This document shows positions 1 to 9,735 of a stretch of DNA of 64,000 bases, piece after piece. The translations under genes and the position numbers were made by a program. Source of the DNA: Candidatus Thalassarchaeaceae archaeon (GTDB lineage: Archaea > Thermoplasmatota > Poseidoniia > Poseidoniales > Thalassarchaeaceae). Location of the stretch: assembly GCA_045568235.1 (NCBI GenBank), contig JBJLBJ010000022.1:1953-65952 (forward strand), in the 5' to 3' direction. The notes below the pieces were generated by a model, which had not been told where the DNA came from, did no database searches, and saw only the letters and a list, made by a program, of their open reading frames with translations. Numbering within the stretch: position 1 is the first letter of the stretch; each line of letters starts with the position of its first letter.

Positions 1-32
1 CACCACCCAAATGCCCATGTTGTAATACAAAT

Positions 33-425
33 ATGGAAGCAGGGAATCAGAATGAAATATTATTTTTATGTAATACTTGTTATGGTTCAATGGCTAGTAA
101 TGCCTGGATAATGAATAATTTAAAACCCGGAATAATAAAACGATTGGAATTACCTAGTGAAGAACCAACCAAAACAACCTTCTCCTGCCCTATCTGCTCA
201 GGAAAGATGAGAACATATCATACTGCTGTTCCGGTGAATACAACAACAGATAGTAGAATACAGATAGATCGTTGTGATCGCTGCAAAGCTATTTGGTTTG
301 ATAATAAAGAACTAAACCAAGTACTACCAGACGACATCCACTCTTTCGACATCCCCTTTTCAGAAAATAAAGGGATATTTAGTAAAATCCTTTCTAATAA
401 ATTCTGGTCTAAAATATTAAAGTAA
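33..425 (+). CDS. small zinc-ribbon protein with three CxxC pairs; function unknown
   Basis: 130 aa ORF containing CNTC, CPIC and CDRC motifs spaced as in zinc ribbons. No enzymatic motif recognised. Confidence 0.4.
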   Translation: MEAGNQNEILFLCNTCYGSMASNAWIMNNLKPGIIKRLELPSEEPTKTTFSCPICSGKMRTYHTAVPVNTTTDSRIQIDRCDRCKAIWFDNKELNQVLPDDIHSFDIPFSENKGIFSKILSNKFWSKILK

Positions 426-1220
426 TTATTTTAAAAATACTGAAAGACAGGTAAGCGAACCATCTGCCTGCATAATCGGAGACATATCAACAGAAGTAAT
501 AGAAAAGTCATATTCTAATAATTTACGACGCGTCACTGGAAAACCTCCAGCAATAATCACCCTATCATTCGAATAACCTAGTACATTTGAAGCATAACTT
601 TCCGAATTAGGTATTCTTATTATTTCATCGACAAATTCAAATTCTTCGAAGTTAAGATGGCCTTCTGCCATGATCATTGTCCCAGGTCTTGGTGTAGAAC
701 ATACAGTTGTCAAATGAAGCGTGCTTTTTGGAATATTGATATATTTTACATCATACCCCACTTCTTTAATTTCTTGCTTAAGAAAATCAGCTCCTTCCAT
801 GTTTGTACGCGTAGAAAGCCCAATCAAAAAACAATCATCATAGAAAACCACATCTCCTCCATCCAATTTGCATTTCTCTGGCATTCTCACAATTTCATAA
901 TCATCCGATAAATATTCTAGCACCGCAACTTCTTCTCCACTTCGCGAAGGGTGCCCCATATTCGAAATAACAGCCTTCTCATCAATCATAACTGCTGTAT
1001 CTTCTACAAAACAACTATCTGGATATTTTGACAATGGATGAAGAATAGTTACACTTGTTCCATGTGCCTCTAATGCGGCAACATAAGCACTATGCGCATC
1101 TTCTGCCGATTCAAAATCTGGAGTTTTTCCCCCAAAGAAAGTAGAGAGTGCATTAGAATAGCTAGGAGAAATAGATCTTGTCATGGCGCTTTTTTTCTTA
1201 CGGTCATATACTCCGGGCAC
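426..1220 (-). CDS. amidinotransferase-superfamily hydrolase, dimethylarginine dimethylaminohydrolase (DDAH)-like
   Basis: GDVVFYDD...LIGLSTRTN core and a C-terminal GSLTC catalytic-Cys motif typical of the DDAH/arginine deiminase fold. The true start is probably the internal Met (MTRSISPS, about 1184). Confidence 0.55.
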   Translation of the reverse strand: MPGVYDRKKKSAMTRSISPSYSNALSTFFGGKTPDFESAEDAHSAYVAALEAHGTSVTILHPLSKYPDSCFVEDTAVMIDEKAVISNMGHPSRSGEEVAVLEYLSDDYEIVRMPEKCKLDGGDVVFYDDCFLIGLSTRTNMEGADFLKQEIKEVGYDVKYINIPKSTLHLTTVCSTPRPGTMIMAEGHLNFEEFEFVDEIIRIPNSESYASNVLGYSNDRVIIAGGFPVTRRKLLEYDFSITSVDMSPIMQADGSLTCLSVFLK

Positions 1221-1292
1221 AACTTACCGGAAGCACATGCTTTGATAATACTTCGGAAAACGAAACATTATTACCATAAAATGTAAATATTT

Positions 1293-1742
1293 TTATTTTT
1301 CTTTAACCGAATCTACCAATTTTTCTATATGCCTTTCCATATCCATTATTAAAAGCATTAATTCTTCTTCATTTTTTAGTAGATCGGCCTTTTCTAACTC
1401 CAATATTTTTATTTTTTCTATATTTATTTCAAAAGACTCTCTAATAACTTTCTCATTGTGAAGTTGATTTTCTAATCTTGTAATTTTTATATTAGCAACT
1501 CTTATTTTTTCTTCGTAATCAACTACAACAGACCTATCTTGACCGATAGAAAATCTTTTTGACCCATCATTTCTTCTTTTATTTTTAATCAATTCTAACT
1601 CCAAATTATTTACCTCATCCCATAAAGCAATTATTTCTTCAATTAAGCGATCCTGTGGTATCTCTCTTAGACGCTCTGATAAATCAATCACATCTGAAGA
1701 AAAAGAAACCCCTTCTTCCTGATCGCTACTATATGTTTCCAT
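1293..1742 (-). CDS. hypothetical coiled-coil protein
   Basis: 149 aa ORF rich in E, K and L with heptad-like periodicity. No catalytic motifs. Confidence 0.4.
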   Translation of the reverse strand: METYSSDQEEGVSFSSDVIDLSERLREIPQDRLIEEIIALWDEVNNLELELIKNKRRNDGSKRFSIGQDRSVVVDYEEKIRVANIKITRLENQLHNEKVIRESFEINIEKIKILELEKADLLKNEEELMLLIMDMERHIEKLVDSVKEK

Positions 1743-1886
1743 CTACTTTCAATAATCATACCTTACAATAACCATTTGAACCTTGAGGGCATCTTTTAGC
1801 AAAAACCTCATTATTCTATGTTAATTGATTTTTCCAAATTATTATAACGCGGCGATTTTATATCAACAACATTCTTCCGATAAGGC

Positions 1887-2111
1887 ATGAAAGCGTACAG
1901 GGCCAAGGGAACATTTCGTAATGGAAAGCACGACCAAGCCTACACTTTAGATATTGTAGCCAGTGACGAAGAAGATGCTAAACACCGTATATATTCCAAC
2001 TTTGGAAGTAGACACAACACGCCTCGTAGATTTGTTTTAATTGAATCATTGGAAACGATTGATCCTTCTGAATCTACAACCCCCGCGGTCATAGCGCATT
2101 TTAGGGATTAA
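1887..2111 (+). CDS. rplX: 50S ribosomal protein LX (eL20 / L18Ae family)
   Basis: 74 aa starting MKAYRAKGTF...IYSNFGSRH, resembling archaeal LX (MK.[FY]R..G.F, IYS.GS+H). It sits upstream of pfdA and ftsY, as in the conserved archaeal LX-pfdA-ftsY cluster. Confidence 0.5.
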   Translation: MKAYRAKGTFRNGKHDQAYTLDIVASDEEDAKHRIYSNFGSRHNTPRRFVLIESLETIDPSESTTPAVIAHFRD

Positions 2112-2172
2112 AAGCGCATTTTTAGCCCAGAAGACAAAAATTGTGAAAGCATAGAGAGGCCTAGGGATAGCC

Positions 2173-2724
2173 ATGAAGAAATCATTCATGCGCCAATATT
2201 GGCGAATTCAACAGAGTCAAACGTTGATTTCAATGGTTTTTTGGATAACCACTTTGACATTACTGATGTGGCCTTATGTTAGTTGGCGATTTCAAAATAA
2301 GGCAGATTTTATAGGTATTTCAACAACATACTGGGGCCTTCTTTCAATTGCAGTCGCTGTATTAGTATGCGTATTGCTTTTAGGATGGACATATGATGTT
2401 GTTTTGGGACTATGGCGCGAACACCTAACAGTAGTACAGGAAAGAAATCCATTTACAACCTACAAAGTCAATGCTCCTTTTGGGATGTTATTGGCACAAA
2501 CAAATACTATACTAAGAAAAATATCAGCAGACGATCCTGAAATCATACGCCATTGTGAATTTATTGATAGATGGCTCGAGTGGAACGCTAATCAAGAGAT
2601 CTGGGCAAGAACTATGTCCTCATGGAAAGAAATAATTGGTGATGAAGACCCGTATCTTTTTCATTTATCTCCAGAAGGAAGGGAAAAATTAGAAGAAGCA
2701 GCGAAAGCAATTCAAGATTTTTAA
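2173..2724 (+). CDS. hypothetical membrane protein
   Basis: 183 aa ORF with two or three predicted hydrophobic helices in the N-terminal half. Lies immediately upstream of cysQ. Confidence 0.4.
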   Translation: MKKSFMRQYWRIQQSQTLISMVFWITTLTLLMWPYVSWRFQNKADFIGISTTYWGLLSIAVAVLVCVLLLGWTYDVVLGLWREHLTVVQERNPFTTYKVNAPFGMLLAQTNTILRKISADDPEIIRHCEFIDRWLEWNANQEIWARTMSSWKEIIGDEDPYLFHLSPEGREKLEEAAKAIQDF

Positions 2725-2742
2725 TTCCATGGAGGTTTTATT

Positions 2743-3543
2743 TTGAATCCAGAAGAAATTATTCGTATAGCAGAATTGGCTGGAGGAGAAATTTTAGAAA
2801 TTTACAATCGTGACGAAGAACTACGGGTTATGAAAAAGGGAGACAACTCACCTTTAACTGAAGCCGATTTAGCTGCTCACAATATAATTATTAATCATTT
2901 AAAGAAGCTCGACAATACTCCAATAGTTTCAGAGGAAGGAACAGAGGGCAACCCGATATCTAGCAAAACATGCTGGTTAGTAGATCCGCTTGATGGAACG
3001 AAAGAATTCATCAAAAAAAATGGAATGTTTACAGTAAATATAGCTTTGATGCAAAAGGAAAAGGAATATTGGAGGCCAATATTTGGAGTAGTACACGCTC
3101 CAGTAACTAAAACAACATGGTGGGGCGGAATCATGATTCCGGCAGAACGACGAGGCCCAGACGGCTCTGGATTAATGATGGTTCAACCAAACAAACCCTC
3201 ACTGCCTGTACGATTAGTTGCCAGTGGTTCTCATCGGTCAGAATTAGATGAAAAATTCGCTCAAACCCTAGGAAATTATAATTTGATAAGAATGGGCTCT
3301 TCACTTAAAGCATGCATAATAGCAGAAGGAAATGCAGATCTTTATCCGAGATTTGGGCCTACTGCTTGTTGGGATATCGCTGCAGCGCACGCCATCGTAT
3401 CTAGCGCAGGAGGTTTAGTTTTGAATGCTCAAGGAAATACATTAAATTATGATATCACTGGAGATGTTCTCAATCCTCATTTTTTAATCGCATCTGATAA
3501 TAGATGGACAAAAGATTGGATTTACCAAAACAATGCTAATTGA
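2743..3543 (+). CDS. cysQ: 3'(2'),5'-bisphosphate nucleotidase (inositol monophosphatase family, CysQ-like)
   Basis: [12 protein letters not shown] metal-binding motif of the IMPase/CysQ family. Sits directly upstream of cysD and cysNC. Confidence 0.65.
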   Translation: MNPEEIIRIAELAGGEILEIYNRDEELRVMKKGDNSPLTEADLAAHNIIINHLKKLDNTPIVSEEGTEGNPISSKTCWLVDPLDGTKEFIKKNGMFTVNIALMQKEKEYWRPIFGVVHAPVTKTTWWGGIMIPAERRGPDGSGLMMVQPNKPSLPVRLVASGSHRSELDEKFAQTLGNYNLIRMGSSLKACIIAEGNADLYPRFGPTACWDIAAAHAIVSSAGGLVLNAQGNTLNYDITGDVLNPHFLIASDNRWTKDWIYQNNAN

Positions 3544-3575
3544 ACATATTCCCCGTTGGTGTGAAATACACAACA

Positions 3576-4484
3576 ATGCACGCGAAACTAATGACGCACC
3601 TCGAGGCTCTGGAAGCAGAAGCAATTCATATCATGCGTGAAGTGGTAGCAGAAGCAGAAAATCCAGTTATGCTTTATTCAATCGGCAAAGATTCTTCGGT
3701 AATGTTACATCTTGCTATGAAAGCATTCCATCCAGCAAAACCACCCTTTCCAATAATGCATATAGATACAACATGGAAATTCTCTGAGATGATTGATTTT
3801 AGAGATAAAACTGCAGAAAAATTAGGATTGGATTTAATTGTCCACATAAATAAAAAGGGCCAAGATATGAATATTAATCCATTTATACATGGTTCTGTTA
3901 AACATACCGACATTATGAAAACAGAAGGTTTGAAACAGGCTATCGACAAATATCAATTTGATGTCGCCTTTGGCGGAGCTAGAAGGGATGAAGAAAAATC
4001 GAGAGCAAAGGAAAGAATTTTTTCTTTCAGAACAACTCAACATAGATGGGATCCGAAAAAACAACGACCTGAATTATGGAATATTTACAACTCATTCAAA
4101 AACGAAGGAGAAACAATCAGGGTCTTCCCTTTGTCTAATTGGACAGAATTAGATATCTGGCAATACATACATCTCGAAAAAATCCCAATAGTCCCACTTT
4201 ATTTTTCAAAAGAAAGACCAGTAGTGGAGAGAAATGGCACTCTGATACTTGTAGATGATGCTAGACTACCGCTTCAAAAGGGAGAAAAACCAATGATGAA
4301 AAGGGTTAGATTCCGAACTCTCGGATGCTATCCTCTTTCGGGAGCCGTAGAGTCACAGGCAGATACTTTGCCTGAGATAATCCAAGAAATGTTACTAACT
4401 ACTACATCAGAACGCCAAGGAAGAACTATTGATTTTGATAGCAAATCATCCATGGAAAAGAAAAAACAGGAGGGATATTTCTAA
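3576..4484 (+). CDS. cysD: sulfate adenylyltransferase subunit 2 (CysD, PAPS-reductase-fold ATP pyrophosphatase)
   Basis: N-terminus [17 protein letters not shown]...[18 protein letters not shown] closely matches CysD. The ORF opens at 3540, but the likely start is the Met at about 3576-3591. Confidence 0.8.
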   Translation: MHAKLMTHLEALEAEAIHIMREVVAEAENPVMLYSIGKDSSVMLHLAMKAFHPAKPPFPIMHIDTTWKFSEMIDFRDKTAEKLGLDLIVHINKKGQDMNINPFIHGSVKHTDIMKTEGLKQAIDKYQFDVAFGGARRDEEKSRAKERIFSFRTTQHRWDPKKQRPELWNIYNSFKNEGETIRVFPLSNWTELDIWQYIHLEKIPIVPLYFSKERPVVERNGTLILVDDARLPLQKGEKPMMKRVRFRTLGCYPLSGAVESQADTLPEIIQEMLLTTTSERQGRTIDFDSKSSMEKKKQEGYF

Positions 4485-6385
4485 TGGTGTATATTGACGA
4501 TTTAATTGCCGAAGATATTAATCTATATCTTAAGAAACATCAAGAAAAGGAAATACTCAGATTCATTACTTGTGGCTCAGTAGATGATGGAAAATCCACA
4601 CTCATAGGTCGTATGCTTTATGAATCTCATATGTTGTTCGATGATCATTTATCGACTTTAGAAAAAGATTCAAAAAATATGGGCACGCAAGAAAATGGCC
4701 TCGATTTCGCATTATTAGTTGACGGATTGTCAGCAGAAAGGGAGCAAGGAATAACCATAGATGTCGCATATAGATTTTTTTCTACAGATAAACGAAAATA
4801 TATTGTTGCTGACACTCCTGGACATGAAGAATATACACGTAATATGGCAACTGGGTCATCAACAGCAGATGTTGCAATAATTTTAGTTGATGCTAGAAAT
4901 GGAATTATGACGCAAACGCGCCGCCATTCTTTTATTGTTTCAATGTTGGGTGTTAAGAAAATAATTTTGGGTATAAATAAATTGGATTTAGTAAACTATT
5001 CAAAACAAATATATGATGAAATAGTAGAAGATTATACAATATTTGCGAAAAATGCATTAGAAATAGAAGAAATAACTTCAATACCTATTTCAGCATTACT
5101 GGGCGATAATATAATATCTAATAGCGATAATACAACTTGGTATACAGGCCCAACGATTATGGAATATTTAGAAACCGTTGAAATAGAAGGGGAAAATATT
5201 TCAAATCCATTTAGAATGCCTGTTCAATGGGTAAATAGACCAAACCTAGACTTTAGAGGATATTGTGGCATGATTGCTAGCGGTAAGATAGAGCCTGGAG
5301 ATAAAATCAGAATCCTACCTGGCGGAAAAAGCTCCACGATCAAATCTATATTATTCAATAATGAAGAATTGGAAATAGCTACTTCTGGACGATCAGTGAC
5401 AATAATACTCGAAGACGAAATAGATGTTTCAAGAGGAAATATTATCGTTTCAGCAGAAAATCCTGGTGGAGAAGCAGACCAATTTCAGGCACATATCTTA
5501 TGGTTGAGTGATGATGCAATGATGCCTGGAAGACAATATATTTTCAAATCAAATTCACAAACTGCATCACTAAATTTAGGGAAATTGAAATATCAAATAA
5601 ATGTAAATACATTAAATCAAGTCCCGGCTAAAGATTTGAAATTAAATCAAATTGCGGTTTGTAATATTTCCTTAGATAAAAGGATAGCATTTGATTCATA
5701 CAAAGAAAATAAAACCACAGGCGGTTTCATAATAATTGATAAAATAACCAACCATACAGTTGGAATGGGTCTTATCGATTTTGCATTAAGACGTTCAGAT
5801 AATATTCATTGGCAGAGTATAGACATAACAAAAGAACAACGGGCATTACAAAAGTCACAATCTGCTAAAATAATTTGGTTTACAGGGCTTTCAGGCTCAG
5901 GAAAATCATCTATAGCAAATATTCTAGAGAAAAAACTCTATTCTATGGGCCTCCATACAATCATTTTAGATGGAGACAATATTAGACATGGTTTAAACAA
6001 GGATTTGGGATTTACTCAGGCCGATCGAGTAGAGAACATCCGCAGAGTAGGAGAAGTAGCAAGATTGATGGTAGAGAGTGGCCTGATTTGTATTACTGCT
6101 TTCATCTCTCCCTTTGAATCTGAAAGAAGAATGATACGATCATTAGTTTCAGAAGATGAGTTTGTTGAAATATACGTAGATACACCATTAGAAATATGTG
6201 AAGAAAGAGATGCAAAAGGCCTTTATGCTAAAGCCAGAGCAGGACAATTGCCGAATTTCACAGGCATTTCCAGCCCGTTTGAAGAACCAAAAAACCCTGA
6301 AATAAGAATAGATACCATACAAACACCTCCAGAAGCAGCTGCAGATATTATAATTGACTTTCTTACAAAAAATCATTTAACATAG
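4484..6385 (+). CDS. cysNC: bifunctional sulfate adenylyltransferase subunit 1 (CysN GTPase) / adenylylsulfate kinase (CysC)
   Basis: N-terminal GTPase region LRFITCGSVDDGKST with a DTPGH motif. The C-terminal domain carries the APS-kinase P-loop IIWFTGLSGSGKSSIA. Length 633 aa. Confidence 0.85.
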   Translation: MVYIDDLIAEDINLYLKKHQEKEILRFITCGSVDDGKSTLIGRMLYESHMLFDDHLSTLEKDSKNMGTQENGLDFALLVDGLSAEREQGITIDVAYRFFSTDKRKYIVADTPGHEEYTRNMATGSSTADVAIILVDARNGIMTQTRRHSFIVSMLGVKKIILGINKLDLVNYSKQIYDEIVEDYTIFAKNALEIEEITSIPISALLGDNIISNSDNTTWYTGPTIMEYLETVEIEGENISNPFRMPVQWVNRPNLDFRGYCGMIASGKIEPGDKIRILPGGKSSTIKSILFNNEELEIATSGRSVTIILEDEIDVSRGNIIVSAENPGGEADQFQAHILWLSDDAMMPGRQYIFKSNSQTASLNLGKLKYQINVNTLNQVPAKDLKLNQIAVCNISLDKRIAFDSYKENKTTGGFIIIDKITNHTVGMGLIDFALRRSDNIHWQSIDITKEQRALQKSQSAKIIWFTGLSGSGKSSIANILEKKLYSMGLHTIILDGDNIRHGLNKDLGFTQADRVENIRRVGEVARLMVESGLICITAFISPFESERRMIRSLVSEDEFVEIYVDTPLEICEERDAKGLYAKARAGQLPNFTGISSPFEEPKNPEIRIDTIQTPPEAAADIIIDFLTKNHLT

Positions 6386-6440
6386 TTTTTGGCTTTTTAT
6401 TGCGACGGATTCATGACAGTCACTAACTTCGCTCAACTCG

Positions 6441-6968
6441 ATGACCACTTCGGACAAGGCGGAATTGCAAAAAATTGCGCAACAAGTGGAAATAAGTAGA
6501 GAACGCTTGCAAGCGATGGAACAGCAAATTAAACGATTAGAAGATGTTAAATTAGAACAAAACAATGCTTTACAAACATTACAAACTATTCCAAAAAACG
6601 GAGCAAAAGAAATTATGATCCCTCTAGGTTCAGGGATTCAAATACTAGCAGATATTCCTAAAAATGCTGGTGTAGTTGTGGATATTGGTAGTAGGATTCA
6701 AGCTGAAAAAACTAGAGAAGAAGCTATAATTATTTTACAAAATAGGAATGAAGAATTAAATGGGATAATAGACAAACTAAAAAATGAATTTAATGTTTTA
6801 GAGCAATATATTGTTTCATTAGCACATCAATTCACAGCAGGAGTAGAAAATATTCAAGAAGATAATGATGAAATTGTTGAAAAAGAACAACCAATTGAAA
6901 ATAAAGAAAAAATAAAATCTAACAAAAGAAGAAGAAAAAGAGGAACTGAGCTAACACTTGATGATTGA
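6441..6968 (+). CDS. pfdA: prefoldin alpha subunit
   Basis: Coiled coil, then a beta-hairpin region (IMIPLGSGIQILADIP...VVVDIGS), then a second coiled coil. Sits immediately upstream of ftsY, as in archaea. Confidence 0.55.
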   Translation: MTTSDKAELQKIAQQVEISRERLQAMEQQIKRLEDVKLEQNNALQTLQTIPKNGAKEIMIPLGSGIQILADIPKNAGVVVDIGSRIQAEKTREEAIIILQNRNEELNGIIDKLKNEFNVLEQYIVSLAHQFTAGVENIQEDNDEIVEKEQPIENKEKIKSNKRRRKRGTELTLDD

Positions 6969-6978
6969 GGTATTTTTT

Positions 6979-8241
6979 ATGGGGTTATTTGATAGGTTCA
7001 AGAAAAGAGTTAAACAACCATCTACTGAAGAAGAAATTACTGTAGATGAAAACTCTGCAGAGGCCGCATTTGCAATTGCAGAAAGACAAAAAAACCTCCT
7101 TAAAATAAATGATAATATTCAGAGAGAAGAGGAGCAAGATAATCTTGCAACTCAAAACGAATGGGATAATATGGACCATGAACCAATTCAAAACCCGTTT
7201 TTATCTAATAAATCGTCAAAGGAAAGGAAAAAATTACAAAGAGAGAAAAAAATTAAAACAGCCTTTAATGCAAATTCGGCCCTTAAAATACATAATCCAA
7301 TGCGTACTACTACTGGAAGAGAATTAATAAAATTAGACAGGCCCATTTTTAAACTCGATTTTTCACAAGAACAGGTACAAAGAGGGGGCCGTGTAATCAA
7401 AGGTGGCCCTGCCTTGGAAGAAATCTTAGAAGAACTTGAAGAAGATCTTTTATCAGCAGATATAGGACATAATTCTGTATCAGAACTTATCAATCTATTA
7501 CGAATTCAGCTTATTGGAATCCGAATTAACAAAAAAATAGGATTAGAGGATATCATAGAAAAGGCAGTTAAAAACTCCCTACTTTCACTTCTAGAGGCTG
7601 GATATTGGGATTTTGATAAAACAATCCAGAATTTTGCATCGGACACAACTCCTGTGGTTATTATGCTGGTCGGGGTCAATGGAACTGGAAAAACAACAAC
7701 CACTGCCAAAATAACTCATAGATTAACTAATATTGGATATTCTGTTGTTTTGGCAGCTGCAGACACCTTTAGAGCAGGTGCTATAGATCAATTATCATTA
7801 CATGCCGAAAAATTAGGTGTAAGATGTATACAAAGTCAGAGAGGAGGCGACGCCGCTGCAGTTTCAAGAGATGCCATAGAGAGTGCAAAAGCCAAAGGTG
7901 AAGATATAGTTATTATAGATACGGCAGGGAGAATGCAAAATAAAACAAATTTGATGAACGAATTACAAAAAATCCATAGAGTTACGGAACCACATCTGGT
8001 TTTGTTTGTTGCGGATGCCTTAGCTGGAAATGATGCAGTAATGCAAGCTACAGAATTTCAAAAAATATTAACTTTTGATGGAGCAGTACTTTCTAAATTA
8101 GACACTGATGCACGCGGGGGTGCAGCACTTTCTATTGCACATGCAACAGGCCGACCAATAGTATTGGCAGGAGTTGGCCAAGAATACAATGATCTAGAAT
8201 TATTTAATCCTAAATGGTTATTGGATTCTATATTAAATTAA
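6979..8241 (+). CDS. ftsY: signal recognition particle receptor FtsY
   Basis: Acidic N-terminal region followed by the NG domain: P-loop GVNGTGKTTT, then DTAGR and the SKLD-type motif (LSKLDTDARGG). The likely start is MGLFDRFKK, at about 6979. Confidence 0.85.
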   Translation: MGLFDRFKKRVKQPSTEEEITVDENSAEAAFAIAERQKNLLKINDNIQREEEQDNLATQNEWDNMDHEPIQNPFLSNKSSKERKKLQREKKIKTAFNANSALKIHNPMRTTTGRELIKLDRPIFKLDFSQEQVQRGGRVIKGGPALEEILEELEEDLLSADIGHNSVSELINLLRIQLIGIRINKKIGLEDIIEKAVKNSLLSLLEAGYWDFDKTIQNFASDTTPVVIMLVGVNGTGKTTTTAKITHRLTNIGYSVVLAAADTFRAGAIDQLSLHAEKLGVRCIQSQRGGDAAAVSRDAIESAKAKGEDIVIIDTAGRMQNKTNLMNELQKIHRVTEPHLVLFVADALAGNDAVMQATEFQKILTFDGAVLSKLDTDARGGAALSIAHATGRPIVLAGVGQEYNDLELFNPKWLLDSILN

Positions 8242-8291
8242 TTTTTAATACCGTACCGTTCTTGAATAATGGCCCCTCTGTCTATGTTATA

Positions 8292-8927
8292 ATGAACCCT
8301 CAGGAACAGAAGACGGCGTTGATTGCTATTAGCAATCCAATAACATCCGGAAGGCTAAGTACTATCATGAAAGAAAAAAAATGGTTATGTACAAAAACAT
8401 CTGACGGAGATGAAACTGTAGACTATTACGTTAAAAAAAAGCCTAAAATAGTATTTATTAGTCTAGAACTCTCAACCATTAATGGCCATGTTACAGCATT
8501 GGAAATTAGGGAAATAGACCCAGCGGCTAGAATTGTTTTTGTTTCTAGCAAAACTCGAATATCGAAAGTCGAAGATGCAGCTTATTCTGTGGGAGCTGTA
8601 GGCATTTTGACAACACCACTGACAAAGTCCAAGATAAATGAAAAATGGGATAGCTTTTTTTTAGAAATTCCTGAAGCACCAGGCTTGGCGGATTTGGATA
8701 CATTATATCCTGAGATAATAGATAAAAAAGAAGATGACAAACCTCTTCCGCTGCCCCCACCACTCTCTCCATTAACCCAAATACCTTCTATTCCTGATCT
8801 TTCACAAGAAAAGAAAAAGAAAAGAAAGTGGATTAAAATAATTCTACCATTATTAATCCTTTCATCACTAACATTATATTTTTTATTGGATTTAGAATAT
8901 ACTAAAATCACTAATTATATTCCTTAA
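8292..8927 (+). CDS. membrane-anchored pseudo-receiver (REC-like) domain protein
   Basis: CheY-like beta-alpha pattern (KTALIAIS..., KIVFISLELS...GHVTALEIR, RIVFVSS, AVGILTTPLT) lacking the acidic pocket (the DD pair, the phospho-acceptor Asp and the conserved Lys are all replaced). Followed by a Pro-rich linker (PLPLPPPLSPL), a KKKKRK stretch and a C-terminal TM helix. Confidence 0.4.
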   Translation: MNPQEQKTALIAISNPITSGRLSTIMKEKKWLCTKTSDGDETVDYYVKKKPKIVFISLELSTINGHVTALEIREIDPAARIVFVSSKTRISKVEDAAYSVGAVGILTTPLTKSKINEKWDSFFLEIPEAPGLADLDTLYPEIIDKKEDDKPLPLPPPLSPLTQIPSIPDLSQEKKKKRKWIKIILPLLILSSLTLYFLLDLEYTKITNYIP

Positions 8928-8930
8928 ATC

Positions 8931-9683
8931 TTATAATATTTCCAATATTCTTTTTGAAGCTGCAATTAATAATACAGCAGACAACAAATATTTTATAGAA
9001 TTTTGTGGTGCATTTTTTGAACCATATTTCGAACCAATAAAACCTCCCAATAAAACGGCCAACACAAATGGAGTAATATTACCTAAATCAACTAAATGTT
9101 GAGATATACTAGAACCTACAATTCCTGCTAAAGAGTTCAACCAAATGAAAATTGAAGAAGTGGCAGCAGCAGTTTTCGGCTTTGCCCATCCATTAATAAT
9201 TAGTATAGGAGAAAGGAGTACCCCGCCTCCAATACCAACAAGCCCACAGGTCAAACCTATAATTGCTCCAATTAACAATGCATTAGAGACTTTCAGGGTT
9301 TTAATATCCTCCACAATCTCCTTTTTGCCCATTAATAATTTCCAGGCTGCAGAAATTAAAAACAAAGAAAGTAATAGGTTATATCCACCATTGCCAATTT
9401 TCAGAGAACTAGCAAAAAATGTAAAAGGGATACTTGTAACGAGAAAAGGCCAAGTTAAGTCAAGTTTGTGAAAACCTTCCTTTCTGTAATTGAAGAAAGC
9501 AATACCAGCCACTATCAAATTCAAAAACCAAGCATATTGTTTTAACCACAGATCTCCTTCATTGGCATAAATACTCAATGAAAGTATTGCCAAATAACCC
9601 GAAGCCCCCCCATGTCCCACAGCAGAATATAGAGCCGCCATTAGAAATAGTCCAAATACAACTATCTCGAACTCTATCTGCAT
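8931..9683 (-). CDS. TSUP-family (TauE/SafE, DUF81) anion permease
   Basis: 250 aa polytopic membrane protein with two internal repeats and Gly-rich helices (AVGHGGASGY, GIGGGVLLSP), as in TauE/SafE. Confidence 0.65.
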   Translation of the reverse strand: MQIEFEIVVFGLFLMAALYSAVGHGGASGYLAILSLSIYANEGDLWLKQYAWFLNLIVAGIAFFNYRKEGFHKLDLTWPFLVTSIPFTFFASSLKIGNGGYNLLLSLFLISAAWKLLMGKKEIVEDIKTLKVSNALLIGAIIGLTCGLVGIGGGVLLSPILIINGWAKPKTAAATSSIFIWLNSLAGIVGSSISQHLVDLGNITPFVLAVLLGGFIGSKYGSKNAPQNSIKYLLSAVLLIAASKRILEIL

Positions 9684-9735
9684 ATTTATTGGTAAGGTAG
9701 GAGAACTTTAACAACTTCCTCCCAACATCAATACT

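Noticed and set aside
657-911. Numerous short ORFs nested inside or antisense to long conserved genes (for example 657-911, 2895-3134, 9145-9471, 10434-10724, 11041-11295, 16270-16908, 21997-22188, 30427-31034, 43069-44005, 46311-46877, 48393-49343, 50349-50744, 52488-52846)
   Set aside because: Each overlaps a gene with clear family motifs on the other strand or frame. They have no RBS or motif support and are typical antisense open frames of AT-rich DNA.
8214-8291. Upstream extension of the REC-like ORF (MVIGFYIKLIF...) overlapping the ftsY 3' end
   Set aside because: The 5' extension overlaps ftsY by 28 nt and is hydrophobic low-complexity. The Met at 8292 (MNPQEQ) gives a complete receiver-like fold, so the shorter model was preferred.
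8780-8840. Purine-rich low-complexity run (aagaaaagaaaaagaaaagaaag) that looked like a simple repeat
   Set aside because: It lies inside the REC-like ORF and encodes a poly-Lys stretch (QEKKKKRKW). It is coding low-complexity, not a repeat element.
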